Counted from the stretch's first letter, positions 25,885 through 38,000 are shown. The stretch: DNA of 64,000 bases from Oikopleura dioica (GCA_907165135.1 OU015567.1:10726001-10790000); one strand, 5' to 3'. Program-made: numbers and translations. The notes: generated by a model not told the origin, from the sequence alone.

Positions 25885-28841
25885 TTATAGGTTTTGATAA
25901 GGTGGTTTACCGGCCGGTGTTTTCTTTTTATCAATCTTTTTCTTCGGATTCCAATCTCTATCGTCTCCCGTTGACGCTTTCTTTCTCTTTGAAGCAGTGT
26001 TTGCTGCTCGCATCAAGTCTTGGAACTCTTTGTAGAACTGTCTGTTTTCGTCAACAGTCGGTAGTCGACCTCCAAGACCCTCGGCCTTCTTTTTCAAAAA
26101 GGTTTTGTAATGGACGATCATTGGTGATGACTCCGTAGACGCGGACGACTTTCGTTTTTGTTGCGCTTTTAGTGCAAGTTCTGAGTGGCTGAACATTCTG
26201 CCAGCCAAATTAGCCTCTCTCTTCGCTTTTTCAGTCATGAGTCTGCTCAAGAACTCCCACATCTCGTCGATCACGAGTTTGTCCACCATCGCCTGAGTTA
26301 GCCCGTGGCGTTTTTGCTTTTCTGTCGGAACGCGTAGTAATGCGTCTCCCTCCTTTGATATTTTATGAAAATAAATATTGAAATCAACAAAGACTCACAT
26401 CGACAATGACCATCATTGTGTTAGCTTGAATCTCAAGTAAAAAGTCCTCCAAATCTTTTACTTCACAATTTGCAGCTTCTGATCCACATGCAACGAAAAA
26501 TGGGCAGGTTAAACCAGTTATTGGATCATCGATATCACCACGCTTTTCCAATTGATGTCCCGGGTAAATATCTTGATCTTCTTCACGAAACCAACGATAG
26601 AATTTCGACCCTTTGCTATCCTCAAGTAATGGATCCGTAAAGTCCGCCGCTTTCTTGACAACGTTAATAAAAATTATGACAGGAAGATTTTTTTCCAAAA
26701 ATATCGATACTGTTTTCGAACTTGTTTTCCTTTAGGGGAAGTCCAAGACAACAGACGGCAGCAACCTCGATGTCCTTGCAAAGGGCGACGTACATACTCA
26801 GCAGCGCTGCGTTTTCCCAGCCGACGAGAATAACTGGCTGGTTCGGGTGCCGTTTCTGAACACAATCGAATAATGCTTTTTATCAGAAAAGTGCAGATTT
26901 ATTACAGGCGTAACCTGGAAGAGTACCGCTGGCTTCTCATAGGTAAAATCAGATAGTATAAGTTTATATTTATGTCTTGATAAGGAAACCTTGCTGCGTT
27001 CCTGCTACTTCTCTTATCAATTGCGTTTCCTGCATGGATTGTCCGACAAAACTCAGATTCAACAGTCGAATACTACGGTGTCATCTGGAGTCTTTACCGA
27101 TCCAACACCTCTTTCAACGTCTACAAGATCCACACATTCTGCGATGGAAAGATGGAAGATGTAGGACAGTCAAAAACTAAGATTATCGTTTTAAGCTCTC
27201 TATCTGTTATGGGAACGACGGAAGGTATCGAGTCTACACGATGGCTGATAGGGGCAAATTACTCTTGCTCACTTTAGTGACGGCGATACACGTAGGTCTG
27301 CTTCTCATTCCCTTCCAGGTATAAAACACCTTCCCTCTTTTGACTAAAATGCTTCGAGTTTCGACTGCGCATTCACGGAAGCCCGTGGACCTTTGGAACG
27401 CGAGCCTGCATCATTCTCTACCACACGGCCATATCAACCGCGATGTTCTACATCTATTTGAGCTTCGACGACCAATTCAAGAACTGGGAGCTGTCGATCG
27501 ATCGGTTTTTCGAACTTGGCTTTAGTTTCTACATTTTTGTCTGCTACCTTATATGCATGATCTGCAACTTACTGATACTTTTCTGTCAAAAGGAAAATAC
27601 CGAGCCCACTGGAGCAAGCGCTTCCAGAATGTATCGCTACAGTTTACCGTCAAACATCATCATGCAATAAATCTCAGGCTTTTTCATTACTTACGTTGTG
27701 TTTTCTGACCATGTTTCGAACTGTTTGAACCATGTGATAGACGTAATCACCGTTAGTTTGACCGGATGCCTGGCTTGGCGCGTTTTGTACAGTGCCAAAA
27801 GCGTTCAATTGGGAATTCCAGGTTCGGAAACGACGCATTTGTGGGGCAGTTTGACTTGTCTGGCTATGAAATTTGAATATTCAAATTTAAAAAATGTAGA
27901 ATTTGAATGCCTTCCTATTCTGGATCGTCGGGCGAGAAGGTATTCTTATTATGAGAGGTGCATTAGCGCTATTTGGAACAAGCTTCTGTTTGAGGAGATT
28001 CATCGGCGAGGCAGTCAATGGATCCCAAGGCTTCCTGGTCGTGAGACCAAGAGCTATTGCCGCTTTTGTTGTACCTTGCTGAATGATAGGCTCCAAGCTG
28101 AACTTTAATAGCTCGGGTATCTTAGAGCGAAGCGCCGATAACGTGTCAATGTACAAAGCAAGAAGATGAGGCGGCAGTAAATCGACAATTTTGATGTGAA
28201 TCCAGTGAAGAGTGGGGCTTTCAAATCCGATCGCGCTGAACTTTAGACGAAGAACTTGTGAGGCCTTCTCAATGAACGATTTTCGATGAAGCGCTTCGAA
28301 TTCATCTCCTTTGACCGTGAGACAGCTTAGATGAAGTTCTATCATGCACTAAAATACCTCAAAACCGATCAATTATTATTTTCAAACCTCAACAACTTCA
28401 CCCAAAACGACAACTTTTCTTGCCGCTGTTCCAGCTTGAATACGCGCTTTTACTGGTTTGTACTCTTCATTGAACTTGGAATCCAACGCCGCTGGGTAAT
28501 CACAGTCGAAAAGACCAAAAACTTTATTCAGAATGAGTTTTTCTGTCTCTTTGAATTGGGCCTCAAGTTTAGCACGGTGGTATGTTATTTTCGGAGGAGG
28601 TCGAGTTTTCACAACATCTAGATCCACATCGCTGTCAGAGTCGCTTTCAATTTCACTGGCATAGAATAACATCTCGAGAAAAAGAATAAAAATACCTCAA
28701 GAGTATATCTTTCCTCTCCCGCAGAAACTCATCGGGTTTCTTTTGCTCAATCGCTTCAAGACTTGGATGTTTCGCGTAGTCGTGCTCAAGTTCGAATTCC
28801 GTCCACTCGAGTTCTGCCTTTCTTTTTATAATACAAGCCAT
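25885..28841 (-). CDS. KANSL3: KAT8 regulatory NSL complex subunit 3
   Basis: ELEHDYAK, LHWIHIKIVDLLP..LALYIDTLSALRSKIP, RKPWDP, PVILVGW, RGDIDDP and GLTQAMVD match the KANSL3 alpha/beta-hydrolase-like fold. Confidence 0.85.
26873..27670 (+). CDS. Claudin/PMP22-like four-TM protein nested antisense in KANSL3 intron 26856-27694 (4 exons)
   Basis: Exons join in frame via three short GT-AG introns: MLFIRK..GNLAAFLLLLLSIAFPAW..YYGVIWSLY..FC..IC..LGFSFYIFVCYLICMICNLLILFC; AATAAA overlaps the stop. Confidence 0.8.
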
Positions 28842-29092
28842 TCTACTGTAGAATTTTTCGGTTAAAATATGAGATAACATAAAAATAATCATTTCAGTAG
28901 ATGTCTCAGATAAAAGCTGCCGCGGTTCATAAACTACGGTGAAGCTGGTTTAGCCAAAGAACTTTAAGTCATGTGTGACTTTTTTGCGCGCGCATGTGGA
29001 ACTCGCCAAATGTCAAAAGGTGTTTTCCCTTAATATAATAGTAAAAGGGAATAGAAAGTCTTCTTTACCATATTTTCTATGAAAATTACGAA

Positions 29093-32000
29093 TCAGCCCT
29101 TGGCCGTGTTGCGTGAAAGAATCTTCGACACCTTGAAGTGAATAAACTCGCTGCTTTCCTTCGGCGGAAGATAAGTCTTCTGTTCGTCACGGTAGACGAA
29201 TGGAAAGCGAAGCACCCAGATGCTGTTAGAGGAGAGAGTGAATTCCTCAGGCGTGGTTCGGAAAGTAGGCGCGTTGCGACCAGGAGTAACAAGCGGGCGA
29301 ACAGTGATCTCCTGATGGCAATGAGCCGGGATCGCAAACCAGATTCGAGCCAATTGACCGACGGTAGCTGAGGACCGATTTCCTCGAGACGCCGGCCCTG
29401 GAACATAAAGTGGCATGAACTTAATGGGTTCCCAAGACTTGTATCAACCAAGGATCAGACGTGAACGCCTTTCACCCCGGAAAGTTCTGAGGCCCATCTA
29501 TGAATCTAGAATCTGTCCCTGCAATAAAATCTCTTAATACCGTGAATCTCTAAAACTTGTTTATTAGCTCTGACTGAGCGATAGACATGAAAAATCGTAA
29601 ATACAGTGTAAGCCCTAAACTGGTAAAATGCAGAGTGAAGAATCTCTCCGGCTACTTTGCCGTCGAGCGAAGATTCGCCTACGCGGGCCCGAGGCGGAAA
29701 CGCGCAAGTCTGGAGAACCAACACGCCCCGAGACGCAGCATCGTTGTCCGCGTCGTAGTCCTAGCATTAAAGTGAAGAAAATAGGAGTCTTGGCAGGTAC
29801 TAATAACGACCTCGTGGGTAGGCACGTTTATAGGGACCGAAACGTCCACCACGATTTCCCCGCTTGTATTTGTGTTGGCCGTGCCGGCCGAGTCGACCAG
29901 CGAGGGAACGCGGTTGTTCCGGAGAAGGTCCAGCAGGGGCGCTAGAGGGCTGAGCGCCAGTATCGCTGTTTGAGGAGCTGGCATTGCGGGCTGAACCTAA
30001 GTTAAAGAAATTGTGAGTCGAGGCAGTACCGGACGTACCAGCGCTGTCCCGAGACTCAGTTTTGGAGGAAGAAGCTTCGCCAGATGAATTTTTCTGAGCT
30101 CGTCCTTTGGCGATAAAGCTGCGCAAGGAGCTCTGACCGCCTAGTAGGCTGGCGTTTGCGCAGTACGCATATTTCGAGCTAGGGTTGAACAATTTGTAGA
30201 CCAGCTTGCTGATCTTCTTGTAATCCTCTGATCGAGGAAAAGTTCGTTGATCGAAGACTGGCGCGGCTTTCTGGAGTGCACAAAGCAACTCGTGCTGGAG
30301 CGCCTTGACTTTAAAGTTGGCTTCCCGGGTTGGGAGTAATTGCCCGTGCTGTTTGACCGTCAGCTTGCGTTCCTTGGCGTCCTTGAGGGCGCTTTGATAT
30401 TCATGCATCGATAGGTCGACGCTGCCGAGGTCGATTACACTTCCTGGCTCATCGTCCGAGTCCTCGTGGACAGTCGGACTTTGAGGGACGTGAAAAATTT
30501 CGGTCAGTCGTTGGTCCAGGCGGCTGACAAATGGACTCGAGTCAGCGGGTGGAATAAATTCCGGACTCTGAGAGGGTGCTTTGGATACGTAACGCTGAAT
30601 TGAGTCTCCACGGGCTCTTTCGAGGGTTGAGGAGATGGCTCTACGGGGAGCACGGCTGAAGATGGCAGCTCGGGCGGGACCGAACCGGCCGGTTCTTGCT
30701 CTTGAGCCAGATCCGACGGCTCGGGAGTCGATTCTCTTGGTAGTGTCACTGATTCGCCGGTGACGTGTTCAGGCGACGCCTCAACATCGCTGAACTCGTT
30801 GACATACGGCTCGAGGAGACTGTCGAAGGCGGATTCGACCGACGCCTCTGGATCCATTTCTTTTATCTAGAAATATGAAATACGTTAGTAACGGTATCAT
30901 ATCAGTTTTCAAGGCTGAAATGGTTAAAAAGAAAATTCTAATGGCACAGAGAAAAATATCAATATGAACACTAGAATTTCAGAAATTTCTATGTAAAACA
31001 CAACTAAACCTAAATTCTAGCGACAACGCTGTTTGTGAAGAAGTTCAGGGACGCGCCCCGAAACAGCTTTGTCTCTAGAAATTTATGTTAATGAATTGCT
31101 ACGGGCAGAACGCCTACGTTCCTCTGACTGCATTTTTCGAGCCATGTTTTCGTCAGAGTCGATCTGACGGGTCTGTGCTCGTGTTTTTGCTCTTTGAGTA
31201 TTTGGGTACGGTAAACGAGGATTAACCCTTAATCTATTTCGTTTCGGACCGATCGATGATTTGGGCTTTATCACCGGGATGGTATTTGTGCTAGAAACGG
31301 GATTTTTGTCCGCGTTTTCAGCAGTGTCGAGGTAACGTTCCTCAGTCTGATCTGGTGGGGGAAGAGCAGGGAGATCAGCTGAAGAGTCCTCCGACTGATT
31401 TTTGCCGGTCTGAGGAACTAGAGGGGTAGGAGCTACAGGAATGTGCATATCGTTGGATTCTGGGGTTGAAGCTTGAGTATTTTCGAGTGGAGTGGGAATT
31501 GTTTTGGGAATGGGAATGGATAAATTGGGGAAATAGGGAATCACGCCGAGTTCCGGTTTTCGAGCGACCTGTTTGATGACGCACGATCTGTGCATCCAGT
31601 CGCGATTTCCGTCATCGTCACAGATCAAAACGACGTGGCCATTTGATCTAAGCACTGTGTACGGACCAAGCCAACGTAATTTTGTGCGCTTAGCGATGGA
31701 GGAAACCTCTTTTCGAACTAGCACCTGGTCACCGTGCAACAATGGCTCAGGTTCTATGTGAGGCTTTTTGGAACTTACCAAATTATCGGCGTGAGATTGA
31801 CAAATTTGGATCTTTTTGAAGAGCATATCTGTGATTTTCGCTCTATTTTGTAAGTACTCAGAGACGTCTTTTCCCTTAGCCGTCTCAGGCACTTTATCAT
31901 ATTCTGTGATACGGGGAATTACGCCAAAAACGACTTCGAATGGAATCGCTTTTGTTGAACGATTCGGCGAGCAATTCATGACGTAACAGACCCTTTTTAT

Positions 32001-35000
32001 GACACAGGTCCAGTCGATGCCGAAGTGGTGGCACAGTATGTAAGTGGCGTTCTTCATTTCCCTATGTCGACTCTCCAACAAACTACAGCTTTGTGGTCTG
32101 AAGGAAATATGATAACGCCAGCGAAGTGAGTTGAGTGCGGCGAATTCGGCGTTTAGTTGAGAACAGAAATGTTTGCCACGATCGGTCGAAATAATCTCTG
32201 GAGTAGGATAATTGTCCAGTAAATTTTCGGACAGACCTTTTACTGCATCAATTGCGCGGCATCTTTTTGTTGGAACACATATGATAAATTTGGAGAAAGT
32301 ACAAAGTATGGTCAAACCGTACTTGTATCCTCCTTTCCCAAGTGGGAATTCGACGAAGTCCACGTGGATGCGCTGGAACGGGTATTCACCCTTAACGGTG
32401 GGTTGAAATCCGGGATCCTGGTGTCGGCCGCGCAGACCTTTACTGTGTTGACAGTAGCAACTTCTGACGTAATTTTCAATGTCAGCCGACATTGATGGCC
32501 AAGTTACGTGAGACATATACTCTGTCATGCGTTTTCCTCCAGCGTGTAGTCGTTGGTCGTGGAATGAATTGAGAATCTCCGGACGAAGAAGACGAGGAAT
32601 ATAGATCTTTTTGTCTAGGAGTAGCGCGCCTGTTTCTTCGCAAAGGGATAGTTTTTTTGAAATGTTGAGCTAAGTAAGTAGCTTCTTCACATTTCTTGTC
32701 GTATCTGTGCTCTTGATTATGTTTGAGAGCCGTGACTGCGTCACAGATAGCTTCATCAGCTGACTGCTCCGAGGTAATAGATAATTTCTGAGGAAGACCC
32801 ACTTCAAGTGGAACTTTCTCCGAAACTGCAGCGACTAACCCGTGGTCGTTGCAGAGTGCGTCTGAGTTGAAGGATATTTTAGGACGATTTTCCTTGTTTA
32901 CCCAGCTGGGCACATAGATTTTGAATCCCATGAACTCGTGAAAACTCCCAGCGGGCTCGCTAGCGCCTTGGCGACTAGGCCGCCGGGTGTCGAGATCAGC
33001 AGGGCGACTGAAGTAGTCAGCAACGCAGTTGTCCTCTCCTTCGATATAAATTATCACAAAATCGTACTGTGATAAATAAGTCCACCAACGATTGAGCTTA
33101 TCATTCTTCGCCAATTTACTGTCAATGTAAGTTAAACTTCTGTGATCGGTTTTGACCGTGAATGATGCACCGGCCAAATAGTACCGACAGTCGCTGACCG
33201 CGGTTATGAGTGCAAGAGCCTCTCTTTCTGTTGTAGAGTACTTTTGCTGGCAGTCAGAAAAGGTCTTTGAACCAACTCTGATAATGCGAGACTTACCTTC
33301 TACTACTTGCAACAGACACCAGCCGCTCGCGATGGCACTTGCATCTGTACAGAGACAAAATGGAACTGAGAAATCTGGAAACCAGATCGTCGAAGGAGAT
33401 GCCAGCCTGGCTTTGATTTTGTTGAAAGCCTTTTCTGCTTCTGAATCCCAATGAAATGGGCCCTTGGGCCGATTCTTGCGAACCAGAGCTGTGATTGGCT
33501 TGATGAGGTGGCTGAAACAGGTGGAAGAAACCGGGTCACCTGGTTTTGTCGCGCAGAAGGATCGGACCCACTGGCAAAGGCCAATGAGTGACTGTAATCC
33601 CTTGAAATCCTGAGGAGCTTTCATGTTGGTGATAGCTTTTACGTTGTCAGGATCGGGATACTGACCATTCGAATCGATTACACGTCCCAACCACTTTACC
33701 GATGGATGGAGAACGAACACTTTCTTCCCTCCAACGGCAAAGCCGTATTCAGTGAGAACTCCGAGGAGCTCATCGAGAGTGGCCAAAAAATCTTCGAAAT
33801 TGTTGTGGAATACTAAGACATCGTCTACAAATGCCTTGCAATTCGAGCGATGTTTCATGTTTCGCATTGCGTGATTTACCGCCCGGCAAAACAAGTGACC
33901 GCTGGTACGCAACCCAAAGGGTAAACGACTAAACATGAGTGTTTCGTTGTTCCATGTGATCGCGAGTTTGTGCTGGTCCTCGGGTCGAACACCAATATTC
34001 CAGAACCCGGCCGCGAGGTCCAGGACACCGAAATATTTGTTTCCGGGGGGAATTTCGATTTCTTGTTCCATGTATGGTAAGCTGAAGGTGTCAGCGTTGC
34101 GCAGAAGAGGGTTAACCGACAAGTTAAGATGGAGTATCATTCTCGTGTCGCCGTTTGATTTTAAAACACCACCAATCGGTGTATTAAAACCTCGAGAATT
34201 CGGACAAGGTTTGAGAATACCGAGTTTCTTCAGTTTCTCGACCTGTTCCGTAAGCGGTTCTACGAATCTTTCAGGAGTTCGAAACTGTGGAATGTGGCGA
34301 GACTTGCCGGGGATGGTGTCGATTTCTGCGAGATATCCCTTGAATTTACCGACAGGGCGATTCTCCGTGGAAAATGCCTGCCGGCGAGATACTAAAAAGA
34401 GTAAGGCAATTCTGCGAGCTTCACTCGGATCATCGCCAATGTGAATGTTCGCACCAATTTCTGATTTGACGATGTCGACTAACTCGTTTGTACTCATCGA
34501 ATCGTACGCGGCGTGAACACCGTTTTCATCCGCGCGTTTAAAGAAGGATTGACGCTTGGGGTCATTCACGTAAGGAATACGAATTCGTTGATTCCTTATC
34601 GATTTGAAAAATAATGTTTGATCATCCAAGTCTTGTTTGATTTCAGAGCATCTTTCGTACATAGGGGTTCTTCCGAGAATAGCCGGAATCATCATTGTGT
34701 TTGCTGGTAGAACAAACCAGGTGGTGCGCGGCCAGTGCGAATCTGGACCGATTTTTATATCAGAAACAACCTTTCCGATGCATGAATTATTACTTCCTAT
34801 GCCTCGAACAGTTTGATCTGTAGGTTCTATTTTTAAATCCAAATCTTGGACGACTTTTTCAGAAATAAGACTACCGAAAGAGCCGGGATCGTATAGGGTA
34901 GGTACCCACATGTCGGTTGTCCCGAACATGACAGGTAAATAAGTCGCTCCCGAAATGCCAAATGGATTCGGTTGAAACAGGATGGGCTTGTGTGTAGTTG

Positions 35001-38000
35001 CTATCTGTCCGGCGAATTCGCCGGACATGTCTAGTTTTTTGACTTCTCTTGTGTAGCTTCTGTATGTGAGACGAGATTCGTGTCGTAACAAGCAAAGCTG
35101 GGATCATACTGGGAATATGTTGATTGATCTGTGTAGTATGCGCTATCGTCGGCTTCGGGCTGCTCAGGAGCCTGGAAGCTTTCGAACTGCGGTTGGTAGT
35201 AGTCGCCTTGATGGACGACGTCAGGTTGAGCTGGTGGCTCAAATTGAGGGATTATCTGTTCTGGCTCATCCGCCGGAAGTGGCAATGGAACGTAAGACTC
35301 GTCAAATACCGCGTTTACGCCGTACATGCGAGAGTCGTTCTCGGTTTGGCTACGGTTGTAACCGTTGCCTTGGTTGTTGTAGCCGCTGTTGTATCCGTGG
35401 TTGTAGCCGTTGTTGTTACCTTGGACGCCATTGTTGTAGCCGCCGCGGTAGTTGTGAGACGGGTAACCGCCCCGGGGTGCGCCCCGAGATTGTCCCCGTG
35501 GGTAGAAATTCGCGCGTCGAGGTTGACCGCGATAGAAATTACCGGATGGATGACCGCGCGAAGTGCCCCTGAAAGGAGCACCTCGGTGGCCGTAGCCACC
35601 TCGGTATCCGGCTGGCTGACCTCGATGCTGTCGATAGTAACCTTGTGTAGTACTGGATTTATCGCTTTGCTTCTGCTTTTTGGAAGCATCCGCCCCGTCG
35701 GCAGCATTGACAGACTTGAAGCCGGTTTGAGAAGATAGAATTTCAGCGCGAGCTGAGAGCTGCTCTGAATTGTCGAAGTTATTCAGCTCGACGATTATCG
35801 AATTGTACAATTCGGAAGATTCCGATCGCACACACTGGAGCATTTTCGTGATGAGCATAATGCCAAAGGCGTCGCGGAATGATGGCTCCCTCTGCTTATT
35901 GTCTTGTTTGATCAGGATCGCCTTGATGTTTTTCTCATAGGAGGTGATGATAGGTTCGATGCTGTTCTGCAATTCGCAGTGAAATTCGGTGAAGCCCATT
36001 CCGCTCTTTTTCGGCTTGCTCCACCAATTTTCCATGAGTTGGAAGACGTTTTGGACTAAGCCGTAGTTGCTTGTCAAACATCGTGCCAACTCATCCATTG
36101 ATTTTACGTCGCAGTTGTCTATGGTCTTGTTGACAGATACGCTCATCTTTGGTCTAATGGCCGCCAAAAACTTCGTAAAGCTAATGGTCGGACATGATTC
36201 CCGAATGGCCCTGATTCGGCTGATGTACTGAGCCGTTTGATCTTGGGCACCGCCGCTGAACTTGCCGAGATTGCTTAGCCCAGATACCAGGAGGTTAGTC
36301 TCCAAGTAGTCGGACGAAGCGGCTCCGTTCGCTGGAGAATTCTCGGAAGTGTCTCTTTTTGACATGTAAAGATCGCAAAGTTTCGCTTTTAACTCGGCTA
36401 ATTCTTTTACATGTTTGTCCTTTGCAGCGATTTCTTCGGTTGATGTGGGTGGTCTCTCAGTGTACGTGTCGACGATGGCTTTCTTTCGAATAATCTCTCG
36501 CTGAATTTCTTCCATCGCTAGAAAAAAAAATTGATTGATTTTTGTCGAATTGAATTGACTCTGCGAAGGGCTTTTTATATTTGAAAAAAAAAAAAATAAA
36601 ATCTTTATTTTTAATATTTATCATTGTTTTTAATATTTATCATTGTTTTTAATATTTGTCATTGTTTGTTGTTATTTTGATCGAAAGAATGAACCTTGAC
36701 CACCCGGGCGTTAGCATTTTTGAAGAATCGACGTGAGCCGATTCTGGCGCTTTATTATCATTTTTATTTGTTTCTGTGTATCTTGGCCATAACATCATGG
36801 TCGCCTTATATCCGGAGTAGGCGCCAAGTGCTAAGAGATTGCCGCGTCTAGAATAGTCGACATTTAGATCGCGCCTTTCTCGAGCGCCGTTGACATTGTA
36901 TTTGATTTTTATCATTTTTCTGTTTTTATCGTCGTTTTGATTTATTTGGACTCCTCGCGAGCGAATACCGGTGATTTGATCGTTTTTCGTTACTCGGAGC
37001 CGCTTCGCGGCTTTTTCGAAGAGACGAAAGGCCCTCTACCGGTATTCTAGTGGCCTTATGGGCCACTACCGTGTTTTTATTCTCTAAGTAGCTTGTCTTG
37101 TGTCGACTTTGTGTCATTTTTCTCGTATTTCGAAGTCGCCCCGGATGAGGTTCCATTCTCCGAATTTTTATTCATTCTTTTTATAAATCTTATAAAAATT
37201 TTAATAAAAATTGGGGACTCTAGATCCAGATCTTCTGCACCACTAATGGGTTCCCAAGACTTGTATCAACCAAGGATCAGACGTGAACGCCTTTCACCCC
37301 GGAAAGTTCTGAGGCCCATCTATGAATCTAGAATCTGTCCCTGCAATAAAATCTCTTAATACCGTGAATCTCTAAAACTTGTTTATTAGCTCTGACTGAG
37401 CGATAGACATGAAAAATCGTAAATACAGTGTAAGCCCTAAACTGGTAAAATGCAGAGTGAAGAATCTCTCCGGCTACTTTGCCGTCGAGCGAAGATTCGC
37501 CTACGCGGGCCCGAGGCGGAAACGCGCAAGTCTGGAGAACCAACAAACTCGTGATCGAGAAGGACATTCGCGGGAGCGGCAACGCCACTAGATCCACCTT
37601 GGACCATCTTCTGTGGCGACTGCATAAAGAAACGATGTCCACGAATCGTTTCATACTCGTAGCCGATAAAGCCTCGGCAAGACTGGGAAATATCCCAACG
37701 AAGAAGGAAATTCGAACGATTTATGAAACCTTGCTGCTCGATCCCTTTGAGTTCGGAATACCAGCTTAATAATTTAGTTAAGAAAGAGGACGATGAAAGG
37801 AGACTTTTTACCTAAAATCGCCGATTTTCAGACAAGACCACGACGGAAATCTAGGAAGAAGCCCCTTCGGAGAATCGGTTGTTTCCATTCCAGTGAGAAA
37901 TCGATTCTTATTGGCGATAACAGATGTGATATCGTCAAGTGGAACCGTTTCATCAGAACCATCGTTTTCACGATCGCTTTTTTGAGAAGCGGATAGCTGG

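Larger units (their letters stand above)
29422..37545 (-). mobile_element. Full-length Ty3/gypsy (Tor-like) LTR retrotransposon, 8124 bp, TSD AACT
   Basis: 302-bp direct repeats; AACT at 29418-29421 and 37546-37549; gag, PR-RT-RH-INT and ORF3 inside. Confidence 0.97.

Noticed and set aside
29800-30857. ORF3 as an envelope glycoprotein
   Set aside because: No signal peptide, TM helix or furin/fusion features.
33935-34444. 169-aa plus-strand ORF inside RT
   Set aside because: Antisense to conserved RT, with no independent motif or expression signal.
35066-35738. Several overlapping ORFs within gag
   Set aside because: Alternative-frame and antisense shadows of a GC-rich low-complexity region.
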